Assembly: GCA_963801355.1 (NCBI GenBank)
Contig: CAWDEM010000008.1
Coordinates: forward strand, 1,408,001-1,472,000
Source of the DNA: Ignavibacteriota bacterium
Lineage (GTDB): Bacteria > Bacteroidota > Ignavibacteria > UBA10030 > UBA6906
DNA length: 64,000 bases
Direction: 5' to 3'
In this document: in pieces, positions 9,857 to 19,460 of the stretch
Layout of the letters: every line of letters starts with the position of its first letter
Numbering within the stretch: position 1 is the stretch's first letter
The notes under the pieces: generated by a model
What the model was told of the DNA's origin: nothing
The model's input: only the letters and a program-made list of their open reading frames with translations
Databases searched by the model: none
Program-made: the position numbers and the translations under genes

Positions 9857-10819
9857 ATGATCAAGGAGATCACAGCTCAAGAGCTCAACCCGGAGAGTTT
9901 TATTGCAGAGAAGGTGGCGGAGATCAGACACAGCGTTGGGGACGGACAGGCCATCAATGCCCTTTCCGGCGGAGTCGATTCATCCACAGTTACGTTGCTG
10001 GGACATCGCGCTCTGGGTGAGCGCCTGAACACGGTATTCATCGAGAACGGACTGATGCGTGCGGGTGAAGCCAAACAGGTTTCGGACTTCTTCCGCGCCC
10101 TCGGCGTCACGGTTGAAGTGGTTGACGCGCGTGCGGAGTTCTTCGAGGCGCTCAAGGGAGTGACAGACCCCGAGGCGAAGCGCGAGGCCATTACGCAGAC
10201 CTTTTACCGCCACGTCTTCGGCCGTCTCGTCCGCGAGAGAGGAGCAAAGTATTTGCTCCAGGGGACGATCTTGACGGACGTGGATGAGACCGTCGCCGGG
10301 ATCAAGCGACAGCACAACGTGTTTGAGCAGCTGGGTATCTCTCCTCAGGCGGTGTTTGGCTACAGCATCCTGGAGCCGCTCGTTCAGTTGCGCAAGGACG
10401 GCGTGAGGAAGCTGGGGCAGGTGCTTGGATTGCCGAAGGAGCTGTTCCAACGCATTCCCTTCCCGGGACCCGCGCTCGCCGCCCGCGTGATTGGCGAGGC
10501 AACACCGGAACGCATTGAGACGGTTCGGCAGGCCACCCGGGTGGTAGAGCGGTTGCTCTCCGGCCATGGCGCCTTTCAATATCTCGCGATCCTGCATGAA
10601 GACCGGGTAACGGGGATGCGCGACGGCCGGCGCGAATTCGGCCAGCAGATTGAAGTGCGCTGCTGGAACAGCGTGGATGCGCGCGAGGCCACACCCACAC
10701 GGTTCCCATTTGAGACACTTGAGCAGCTCGCGCAGGAAATCGTCGGCGCGGTGCCCGGTGTCGTCAGCGTCACTTATAACATAACGTCCAAACCGCCGTC
10801 AACCATTGAGGCCGTGTGA
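9857..10819 (+). CDS. guaAB: GMP synthase ATP-pyrophosphatase subunit (subunit B, no glutaminase domain)
   Basis: ALSGGVDS PP-loop, GVTDPEAKR, LLQGTI..D, IKRQHNV, PFPGPALA, YNITSKPPSTIE; AGGAG RBS. Confidence 0.9.
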   Translation: MIKEITAQELNPESFIAEKVAEIRHSVGDGQAINALSGGVDSSTVTLLGHRALGERLNTVFIENGLMRAGEAKQVSDFFRALGVTVEVVDARAEFFEALKGVTDPEAKREAITQTFYRHVFGRLVRERGAKYLLQGTILTDVDETVAGIKRQHNVFEQLGISPQAVFGYSILEPLVQLRKDGVRKLGQVLGLPKELFQRIPFPGPALAARVIGEATPERIETVRQATRVVERLLSGHGAFQYLAILHEDRVTGMRDGRREFGQQIEVRCWNSVDAREATPTRFPFETLEQLAQEIVGAVPGVVSVTYNITSKPPSTIEAV

Positions 10820-10835
10820 CTCTGCGCGTTGGCAA

Positions 10836-12545
10836 TCAGCGCAAAAGAAGCAGCTTGCGCGTTTGCACGAAGCCGTTTCCTCCGCCACCCGCGGGATCAC
10901 CTGCTCCGCCTTTGGAGTCACGTCCGATAGCGGAGTCCAGAGGGCGGACCTGCATCCTATAGAAGTACACGCCACTCGATAGCCCGGACGCATCGAATTT
11001 GACCTCGTGATACCCTGCCTCCAGCCCCCCATTCTGGAGAAGGGCGACCTGCTGGCCGAGGGTGTTGAAGACGATAAGGAGAACGTGCGAACGATCGGGC
11101 AGACCATACCCAATTGTCGTTGAGGGGTTGAACGGATTCGGATAGTTTTGAAACAAGGCGCACGTCGAAGGCAATCCCTGCGTGTCTTCTACGTCCAACG
11201 TCAGATCGACGGCGTCAAAATAGACACCTTTAGCCCCATGGCCAACGTAGATACAGTTGCCGCGATACGTTGTCCCCCCCACATCACGGTCGAATCCGAC
11301 GAAGGCCTCAAAATTACCCGCAGACTCGAACTGGTTGATGACAACCGGCTTCGCATTATAGAAACCGCTGGGCGTATTGAGAATGGATTTGAAGAAGACA
11401 GTGTCGATGCTCCCTTCTGAATGATAGGCCACCCGCCAATTGTACGTCGGTCCAATATGAGACCAGCTCACCGAAGTGAGGTCTTCAAAGGTAGTGCTCG
11501 TCGCAATGCTGTCACGCACATACGTGCGGAACTGATCTCTCGAGTAGACGTACATCGCATCGTACTTCGTTGGCGATCCCGCCGTTGTTCTGGTATATGT
11601 GACCATGACATTGCCATTGACCTGGTCGATGGCCATGGAGGGATAGAACTTGTCGTACGCGTCCTCAATCTGGGTCATACCCCAGGGGGTAGTGAACTGA
11701 ATCGTATTCCGGGCGACGTAGATATCGCGATGGCCTCCCCCGTCGTCTCCTGCAAAGGCGATACACAGACTATCTGGACTCGTGGTCCAGTCAACACCGA
11801 TGGTCGGAAACTGCGCGAAGGATACTGTGATACTCGTATCGGGGGTGGGCCATGTGTCGCCCCAATTTGAAGAATGATTCACATACACACCTCGTCCGCG
11901 ATCATTCGAAGGGGTTACGAGCTCCGCGGCCACGAAGAAATGTGTGTCCTTCACGGGGAACCACTCGCCGTCAGTGCATATACTGGGATTTCTGAAGCAC
12001 GTAGATCCATCAATCTTGCCTATCGTCTCGATCCGCCCGTGCAGCCCGTTGCCTAACATGGACCCCCACATCAATGGACCGCCACCAATCGGACTTTCGT
12101 CCGTTTTGATGATAAAGGCAAACCCCAGCAGCCATTCTCCCGAGGAAGTGTCAGTGATGCACATGTCGAACGATTGAATCGGAAATGCGACTGATCGGAA
12201 GCCACCGATCTGTCCCCATGTGAGTCCTCCATCGGTTGACCGATACACAATAACTCGGGAAAGAGTGTCCTGGTATTGTTCATTGACGGCGACGTAGATC
12301 CCCCCCGCTGTGTCAGATGCGCTTGCGGTCTGACCTTTGCCATATAGGCGCACGAGGGCATCGCAGATCTTCGTATCGTCACCCCAATTCGGCTTCGAAG
12401 GAGCCTGGATCACGTCGTGCGCTGGAATCAGGGGGACCACCAGCAATTGGTCATCCTGAGGGTCCTCAGGAAGCCAAGCCGGGAAAACAGGCGCGCGCAA
12501 AAGGATGCATGAGAAGAGCATAAGAACTGAAGCCCTGAGCATCAT
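10836..12545 (-). CDS. T9SS-secreted Asp-box (BNR) repeat protein
   Basis: Signal peptide after CAGGAGG RBS; STDGGLTW and SSNWGDTW Asp boxes; C-terminal FQNYPNPFNPSTTI...SSGVYFYR...TRKLLLLR. Confidence 0.8.
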   Translation of the reverse strand: MMLRASVLMLFSCILLRAPVFPAWLPEDPQDDQLLVVPLIPAHDVIQAPSKPNWGDDTKICDALVRLYGKGQTASASDTAGGIYVAVNEQYQDTLSRVIVYRSTDGGLTWGQIGGFRSVAFPIQSFDMCITDTSSGEWLLGFAFIIKTDESPIGGGPLMWGSMLGNGLHGRIETIGKIDGSTCFRNPSICTDGEWFPVKDTHFFVAAELVTPSNDRGRGVYVNHSSNWGDTWPTPDTSITVSFAQFPTIGVDWTTSPDSLCIAFAGDDGGGHRDIYVARNTIQFTTPWGMTQIEDAYDKFYPSMAIDQVNGNVMVTYTRTTAGSPTKYDAMYVYSRDQFRTYVRDSIATSTTFEDLTSVSWSHIGPTYNWRVAYHSEGSIDTVFFKSILNTPSGFYNAKPVVINQFESAGNFEAFVGFDRDVGGTTYRGNCIYVGHGAKGVYFDAVDLTLDVEDTQGLPSTCALFQNYPNPFNPSTTIGYGLPDRSHVLLIVFNTLGQQVALLQNGGLEAGYHEVKFDASGLSSGVYFYRMQVRPLDSAIGRDSKGGAGDPAGGGGNGFVQTRKLLLLR

Positions 12546-12733
12546 GGGGATATCCTCCTGAGTAAGTGAGGGCAAATGTTCCACCTCGTTTCGTCGGAGC
12601 GTAAGCAGATTTCTGGCAGACTATTTCAAAAGAACGAGGTGGATTGCCAATGGGCTGTCCACACGTGAAAATCGGCCGGGGTCAGGCCACGCTGACCCAC
12701 CGGCTGCGCGAACAATGCGGATTCCACAATAGG

Positions 12734-12779
12734 AAGGTATGCAGCGGAAAATCTCGCATCAATCCCGCAAATACGGGAT
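12734..12779 (-). promoter_or_regulatory. Promoter with adjacent ATCCCG-N6-CGGGAT palindrome
   Basis: Minus strand TTGATG-17-TACCTT; palindrome 12762-12779 abuts the -35. Confidence 0.6.
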
Positions 12780-12820
12780 ATTTGGGGATATTTGGGGGAG
12801 CGAGGGGGGAAGTGCGCCCT

Positions 12821-15034
12821 TTATTTGGCCAAAATCATCTTCTGAGTCTGAATATGATCTCCTGCGATCAACCGGTATAGGTACACGCCGCTTGACAACT
12901 TCGATGCGTCAAACCTGACTTCGTAGTACCCTGCCGCTTTCTTCTCATTCACCAGCACCGCTACTTCCCGCCCGAGCAGATCATACACCACAAGCCTTAC
13001 CCACCCATTGCCTACTGCCTCGTGCCCATTCTCTGCCGCCGGCAGCGTGTAGCCTATCGTCGTGCTTGGATTGAACGGATTCGGATAATTCTGCTGCAAA
13101 GAAAACTCCGCCGGCACACCGGACGGACCATCGACACCGGTTGTATACGCGGCCTCCGGAACAGCGACATAATCGAGATACATCCAGCCCCAGAACAGCT
13201 CCACCTGGATGGTATTCGTGCCCTGAATCAAGTTGACGGTCTGTGACTTTTCGTACCATGTGGTGCTTGATGTCGCGTCAAACGTCACCGTATCCACACG
13301 CGCACCATTCACATTAAGGAACTGCGCCTTGGGATGGTCATAGTGCATCATATAGCCAAACGCAATCGCGTGAGCCCCCGGCGTCGCAACGTTACTCAGC
13401 GTCCAGGTGATCGTGCCGGACTGTGATGCGATGTCCAGATAGGCCCCTCCGCTGGCGGTAGCATCGTTCTTGACAGTCATCCCCGAACCTGACCGGGTGG
13501 CTGCTTCCGCTTCGATTTTCCTCATCGTGGGTGTGCCTACGCGTATGGGCACCCTCGCGGAGGTTCGCTTGTGGCCCTGGTTGTCCGTTGCCATTGCGGA
13601 GAGCGAGTAATTCCCCATAGGGACACTTTTCCAGGTCACGGTGAAAGGAGAGGCCGTCGCCTGACCGATGGAGAGTGTCTCAGCAGCAAAGAAGTCGACC
13701 GAGATCACGGTGCCGTCGATGTCCGCCGCCTGTGCGGTGATGGTGATGTCTGCCCCCGCGGCGAATGTGGTGTCGGCAACCGGGCTTGTAATTGCCACAG
13801 TCGGCCAGGTTCCACCGATGCCCAACACATCGACGGCCGAACGGTAGCGATCCCACATCAATTGCATGGAGGTAAGCATATCAGCTACCGAGGAAAGATT
13901 GACGTCGGTCCACGACCAGGCGAGGGCGCCGGCATACCCGGATTTATACAGCGTGACGTACAGACTCTCTTTCGGGGCGCCGACGGTGTTCTGGATGGCG
14001 AATTCAGCCACGACAATCGGTTTGTTCAGCCCCCACGCCGAAGCGGAATGATGGAACGGAGAGATCGATGTGGGATTCGAAGCATCAATCCCCACATAGT
14101 AGTGCACGGAATAGAAATCCAGCGTCCCCAACACATCCCCCCCGGCGGCGATCAGGCGGCTGTCGCTGTAGTAGTTGAAGTTCAGCAAGCCTGCAACATG
14201 CTGAAGGTGCTGGATGATTTCGTCGGTGGTGAGCGACGACTGGTATTTTTCCTTGAGGACGGCTGCTGCTTCTTCCTGTTCCAATCGGCTCAACGGCGCG
14301 GCAGCTGTCTTGGCCAGGGCCGGGACAGGGACATCGGTAAGTGCTTTGAAGCTCCAGGCACCGTTGGTGACGAGGGCTGCGGGGTCACGACGGTGGATGG
14401 CTCCGGCACAGAGATTGACAAAGCGTTGAATAGAAGACATCGGCACGTGTTGTATATCGCTCCAGCCGAATTCATCACTCATCCCTTCCGGCTCGTTGAA
14501 GATTTCCCATGTCAGAATCGCCGGATGGCCTGCCAGGGAGTCCACCATAGGTATGAGACAGTTGTTAATGTAGGCCCGTGTGAAGTTGGTGTCAGTGAGC
14601 ATCCGCCGGTTTCTATTCAACAGGGTCGTATCGCGGGTGTTCCGGAGCATATCGAACGACCAGAGGCAGAGATCGATCCCTATCTCCCGTTCCCAGGCAA
14701 GATCCAGCACCCTCCTGATGTCGGCGATGGTTCCTTCGCCCGGTCCGATGACGTATCCTGACGCGTCGAATTGCGGACTATTTGTCCCCTTCGTGTGCAG
14801 CCACCACCGCAAAGCATTACCACCATGGTCGTGCATTTGAAGCAAAACGTCTTCAAATCTCCCAAAGTCAGTGGCACCCGGCCCGACGTCTGCGGCGAAA
14901 TTCACCCAGGCAAGATTTGCACCGCTCAGAAACAATTGCTGACTGTTGTATTTGACTGTGTTTGTCTGTGACATCGCCGGGTGCGTGTAGAGCAGCAAGA
15001 GCATACAGACAGAGACGGCGCAAAGAGAACGCAT
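12821..15034 (-). CDS. T9SS-secreted GH5 (subfamily 10-like) endo-beta-1,4-mannanase with Ig-like and CBM6/35-like modules
   Basis: LFLSGANLAWVNFA, GGNALRWWLH, WEIFNEPE (acid/base), DFYSVHYY, KPIVVAEF (nucleophile), GALAWSW; PTVAITSP Ig domain; IEAEAA..ASGGAY CBM; T9SS CTD. Confidence 0.82.
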   Translation of the reverse strand: MRSLCAVSVCMLLLLYTHPAMSQTNTVKYNSQQLFLSGANLAWVNFAADVGPGATDFGRFEDVLLQMHDHGGNALRWWLHTKGTNSPQFDASGYVIGPGEGTIADIRRVLDLAWEREIGIDLCLWSFDMLRNTRDTTLLNRNRRMLTDTNFTRAYINNCLIPMVDSLAGHPAILTWEIFNEPEGMSDEFGWSDIQHVPMSSIQRFVNLCAGAIHRRDPAALVTNGAWSFKALTDVPVPALAKTAAAPLSRLEQEEAAAVLKEKYQSSLTTDEIIQHLQHVAGLLNFNYYSDSRLIAAGGDVLGTLDFYSVHYYVGIDASNPTSISPFHHSASAWGLNKPIVVAEFAIQNTVGAPKESLYVTLYKSGYAGALAWSWTDVNLSSVADMLTSMQLMWDRYRSAVDVLGIGGTWPTVAITSPVADTTFAAGADITITAQAADIDGTVISVDFFAAETLSIGQATASPFTVTWKSVPMGNYSLSAMATDNQGHKRTSARVPIRVGTPTMRKIEAEAATRSGSGMTVKNDATASGGAYLDIASQSGTITWTLSNVATPGAHAIAFGYMMHYDHPKAQFLNVNGARVDTVTFDATSSTTWYEKSQTVNLIQGTNTIQVELFWGWMYLDYVAVPEAAYTTGVDGPSGVPAEFSLQQNYPNPFNPSTTIGYTLPAAENGHEAVGNGWVRLVVYDLLGREVAVLVNEKKAAGYYEVRFDASKLSSGVYLYRLIAGDHIQTQKMILAK

Positions 15035-15297
15035 CTTGCACCTCCGGGAGGGGTGACTGTTTGGTTACAGTAGTGTTCGGTTTTTTGTAGAGGTCTTTCG
15101 ACTTTCCAGGAGAGACAGGGTCTTTGTCTGCTGCAAATATCTCTCTGCTCCGGACATTTTCCTTAGTATATGGATAAAACAGCAATGTTCAAAGCACATG
15201 TCTGTTCAATCAATATGCCGACGCGATGGGGGACATCTAATGAGCAGTTCTGGAAGAAGACAGTCGGCATCAGCTCTTGGAAGAGGGCTCTGTGGGA

Positions 15298-17330
15298 TCA
15301 CGCGGCCGGGATTTCCGGAATATGCACCGTGAACGCGGTGCCTTTCCCTTCTGCGCTTGCGACCTCAATTTTCCCGCCGTGCTGGGCAACGATTTGATGG
15401 GTAATAGAGAGGCCCAACCCGACTCCTTGCGGCTTTGTCGTGTGGTAGAGGTCGAAGATTTTCTCCACGGCCGCCGCGGACATCCCGATGCCATTGTCTT
15501 CAACGACAATCCTTACACCACCTGGTTCGGGAGTCGCCTTCAGCACTATCCATCCGCCCTTCGGTGTGGCGTCCAGCGCATTCTGGAGCAGATTGAGAAG
15601 CGCCTGCTTCATCTGCTCCGGATCAAGAGAGATGCTTTTTGTCCCTTCCGCTGACGCCGTGAACACGACCCTCTTTTCCAGAGCCTGGCTCGCGAAGAAG
15701 GACGCCACCGCATTGATCAGATCCGGGATAGCGCTTTCCCTGCGGCGAATCCTGGGCGGTCTCGCAAATGCAAGGAACTGCCGGATTATGGCATTCACGC
15801 GCCGGGTTTCGTCCTGCATGACCGAGGTCAACGTGCGGAACTCCTTCACGCCGCTGCGGGGAGTAAACTCCTTCGAGAACCGCTGGGCAATCATGGCGAT
15901 GGCGTTGAGCGGATTGCGTATCTCGTGGGCCACACCCGATGCAAGCTCCCCCATCGCCGTCAGTTTGCTGTTCCGTTGTGCCTCCTGCTCCAGCCTCCGG
16001 GCCTCCGTCACATCGCGAAGCACCGCGCTTCTGCTTTCGACGGCTTCGCCCGCATCCCGGATGGTCGAAAGCGACACTTCCACTATGCGACTTTCATTGC
16101 CCGGCAAGACAAGCGCTTTCTCAAAAGTCCCATCTTCGGCCGAAAAAACTTCCTTCATCACGTCCACCCCACCCCCTCCGATTTCCCCCAGCGCCTTTCC
16201 TTCGATCTCTTCAGCACGTATACCAAGAGATCTCCGCGGCGCGCGCATTGACGATAGTGACATTGCCGGCCGGATCAACAGTAATCACGCCGTCACGCAT
16301 CTGGGCGAGTATATTTCCGGTGTAGGTCCGAAACGACCGGTACCGCTGTTCCATGACCTGATAGTTCTGCTGCGCCACGAGAAACACGAATGCGAGGGTC
16401 CCAATAACCAGGACGATAAGTGACATGATAATCGTTCGGCGAAGCATACGATTCTCTGCGCTCCGCACTTCATCCATCGTGAGCCCGATGCGCAACACGC
16501 CGATCGATATCCCCCCCGGGGCGAACGGACGAACCACTTCGAAAACATCCGCCCCTTCAAACGGTTGAACCCGCATTATCGTCGTATCCCTGGCGATGGC
16601 CCGGAGTACCAGGGAATCTGCGTTGATTGAGGAAAGCTCCCGGACACCACCTGCAGCCATGATCCCCAGTGTGTCCTGTATTGCGACGTACGCAATCCCG
16701 CTGTTGATCCCCAGGTCCTTGAGGAGCCTTCCGATACCAAGCGTACGGCGAAACTGCAGAAGATCCGCCGCATCCAGGTTGACCACGATTGCTCCGCCCG
16801 CCGGATGGGTCCGACGGACTGCCACAGCAAAGCGCTGTCCCTCCTCGACCCGCGCCTCCTTCAATCCTAAGACCATGCGGTCGAGATCTCCCTTCAGAAT
16901 AGGAGCAAGAACGTCTGCCGGGGAGAATTTCTCCTGAAGGCCAGCGTGTTCATCGCTCGACACGTGGCTGGTCAGCACTTTGATTCCGCGGCGATTGAAA
17001 ACGTTAATGCGATACAGGTGGTGCTCTTCAGCAAGTCTTGCCAGGTCGCCGGGACGGAGCACGCCCGCGCTGTCAAGGTGAGCGACATACAGGGCATTGT
17101 CGAGGAGCCGCTCTGCAAGAAGCTCCTCCATGGTTTCCGTCGAAAGAAGATTGTTTGCGCACGCTCCTGTCGATCGTCTCTGCAAGGGCGAGGGCAGTTT
17201 CTCCCAGGAGGTGGTACAATTCATCACGACTCTGGCGGAGTTCAATGAATCCGGTGCCGATCATCAGCAAGGCCACAGCAACGGTAACGGCAACGACGTA
17301 ACGCGGCTGAATGTTCACCGGGAGTTTCAT
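15298..17330 (-). pseudogene. Membrane sensor histidine kinase (2 TM, PAS, HisKA, HATPase), split by two frameshifts (possibly sequencing errors)
   Basis: N-terminus MKLPVNIQPRYVVAV in the frame of ORF 17073-18521; middle in ORF 16211-17245; ASGVAHEIRNPLNAI, NLLQNALDA, DNGIG, GVGLGL in ORF 15298-16278. Shifts near 17160 and 16228. Confidence 0.85.
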
Positions 17331-17386
17331 ACGGGACAATTTACTGATTTTCCGCACGGGTTGGAAGCGATCACCGAAGTGATACT

Positions 17387-18521
17387 TCAAAAGGCGTAGG
17401 AAATCCGGGCCGCCACCGCATTGTTGCTGTAGTTGTAGTAGCTGTCGTTGGATGAATTGACTATCCGGTCGTACACAAGGGTCAGCCGGATGCCCAGGGA
17501 GTCGAAAGGCTTTTCCACCGAGAAGGAGATATGTCGATCGGGTGTCGATGCGCTGTGCGTCGACAGCAATCCCGGCAAGGTCGAAGGCCGGCCGGTCGTT
17601 ATACCGCCGCTGTTGCAGGGTTCCTGAGACACGCACACGGATGTCCGCGGGAAGGAATTGCGTCAACATCGCGTTCACAAGCGGTCCTTCGTAGCCGTAA
17701 TGGTCATCAAACAATTCATCATCTGTAAGTGTGCCGTCCGAAAAGGTCAGGTATCGCGATTCCTTTTGCAGGCTCACTTGATATTGTCCCATCACACTCA
17801 GCCCGGTGCCTTGCGCAATACCCTGCCCGATTTTCAATGTGCCGATGATCTGCGTGACTCCCGGAGTCGACTCGCTCCCCCGCTGCCTCCTGTAGCCGTA
17901 ACCTGAGGAGAGACTGGCGGCCGTGTCGATATTCGACGTCAAGTACTTCTTGAAATCGATGTCGGCCTGAAGAAGGATCGTTGTCCTGGTCGGCAGGGTC
18001 CACCCGCTCTGCACAAATAGGGCATGTTCAACGTAGTCGAAATCGGGTAACTCCGCGAAGGAAGCGGACCGAAAGGCGTACCCCCCCTTTATCAGGAATG
18101 ATTCGGAAACATAGTGCCGCAGATTCGCTTGAAGAGACAACTGCGTGTGGTCGTACACAGTGTACTTGTCACGGTTGTCACGAAGTGAATACGTCAGACC
18201 AGTCGTCAGCAGCGTAGCCTCTTCCTCACCGAACAATCGGTCATAGGATGCTGCTGCACTGTGGACAGAGAAGGTGCGGGAAGGGATGACAGCAAAGGCG
18301 TTCAGAACGCCGGAATAGGACAGTCCCAGATTGCTTTCCTCTGTCTCCCATTCATAGCCGGTGCCCAGCGAGAGCTCGGTGATTCTGTCATTGATCTGGA
18401 GATAGTTATTGAAGGAATTATCGTCGACGAGCATTCCGACATACAAGCCGGCACTCCATTGGGAAAAAGCTGGCGTGCTGAGAAGAAGAATGGCCAGCAT
18501 GAGGGTGGAGAGAGTCTTCAT
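17387..18521 (-). CDS. Putative outer-membrane beta-barrel protein, frameshift near 17531
   Basis: Signal peptide and amphipathic strands; true C-terminus (SVEKPF...NAVAARISYAF, terminal Phe) lies in ORF 17387-17638; start overlaps upstream stop (ATGA). Confidence 0.72.
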
Positions 18522-18868
18522 GGCTTGCCACCCGATCCCATTCGTCGTCCCTTGCCTTTGCCGTCGGCACCCTTCGTCAAACCGGTTCCGCTCGCGCCAT
18601 GCCGGAAGCCGAGACCGTTTGCACGGTTGTCACAGATGCCGTCGCCATCCTCGTCGACGAACCGGTCTTTCCCCCGTTGATTGCCCGGTGTTGTACGGGC
18701 GAGGCGATCGTCGATCCCGTCGCCATTTTCGTCGACGAATTGCTGCGCCGCCCGTCGTTGCCGCCGTTCCTTGTTTGCCGAAGAATCCTGCTGCGTTTGC
18801 GCGGCGAGCGACGAAGCAGCAAGAATCAGGAACAACGACATTACCAGAGTTCTCGTGATGAGTTTCAT
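18518..18868 (-). CDS. Small secreted protein with two EF-hand-like DxDGDG loops
   Basis: AGGAG RBS, MKLITRTLVMSLFLILAASSLAA signal, FVDENGDGIDD and FVDEDGDGICD. Confidence 0.8.
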   Translation of the reverse strand: MKLITRTLVMSLFLILAASSLAAQTQQDSSANKERRQRRAAQQFVDENGDGIDDRLARTTPGNQRGKDRFVDEDGDGICDNRANGLGFRHGASGTGLTKGADGKGKGRRMGSGGKP

Positions 18869-18944
18869 ACCTTTCTCCTGAAATGACGATCCGGGACCGG
18901 CCAAGCGCCGGCCCCGGCATTCGTCATTCATGCTACCTGCAATA

Positions 18945-19280
18945 CTACTTGCCGCGGCCCTTCCCCTTTGGTCCGGTTCCGTCGCACACACCAGTGCCTG
19001 TGCCGTCAAGCTTGCCTCCCCTGTGCATCCCGTTACCCTTCCCAAATTGCCCGGCATGCATTTTCCCGAGCTTCTTCCCCGTGCCATCCATAGGACGCAC
19101 ATAGTCGGGATCCTGACAATTGATGATGCCGTCTCCGTCATCATCAAAGGAACCCCACTTCTGCTGGGTGCCGGCTTTGCCTGGAGTGGTTGTGGTTTGC
19201 GCCGATGCGCTGTCAACGGTAAACGCTAGAAGCAATGCCGCCAAGCCCATGGCCAATGACAAAGACAAAAGACGATTCAT
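18945..19280 (-). CDS. Small secreted Gly/Lys-rich protein with DDDGDG loop and two Cys
   Basis: AAGGAG RBS, MNRLLSLSLAMGLAALLLAF signal, FDDDGDGIINCQDPDY, GTGVCDGTGPKG. Confidence 0.8.
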   Translation of the reverse strand: MNRLLSLSLAMGLAALLLAFTVDSASAQTTTTPGKAGTQQKWGSFDDDGDGIINCQDPDYVRPMDGTGKKLGKMHAGQFGKGNGMHRGGKLDGTGTGVCDGTGPKGKGRGK

Positions 19281-19345
19281 GACTACTCCTTTAGTGATAG
19301 TGACTGTAAGCATTGAAGTTCGTTTTTGCTTCCGGTCTTGAGTAG

Positions 19346-19361
19346 TTCAATGATCGTGCCA
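19346..19361 (-). promoter_or_regulatory. Putative sigma54 (-24/-12) promoter
   Basis: Minus strand TGGCACG-ATCA-TTGAA versus consensus TGGCACG-N4-TTGCW, about 65 bp upstream of the 19280 start and next to a sigma54 activator gene. Confidence 0.68.
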
Positions 19362-19420
19362 GACACGAATGACGCGAAACCGTCGAAATTTGAGATTGAG
19401 AGATCTCGCCGGGCGGAATT

Positions 19421-19456
19421 CGACAAATGTGCCGAAGGAAGACGGCACATTCGTCG
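19421..19456. promoter_or_regulatory. Inverted repeat, putative enhancer (UAS) or terminator stem
   Basis: cgacaaatgtgccg-N8-cggcacattcgtcg (13/14 arm match). Confidence 0.55.
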
Positions 19457-19460
19457 GCAC

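Noticed and set aside
16211-16216. Selenocysteine or readthrough at TGC-TGA
   Set aside because: The kinase continues in a different frame, so a frameshift explains it.
17073-18521. Single 482-aa barrel-kinase fusion protein
   Set aside because: Artefact of a frameshift near 17531 that reads through into the kinase N-terminus.
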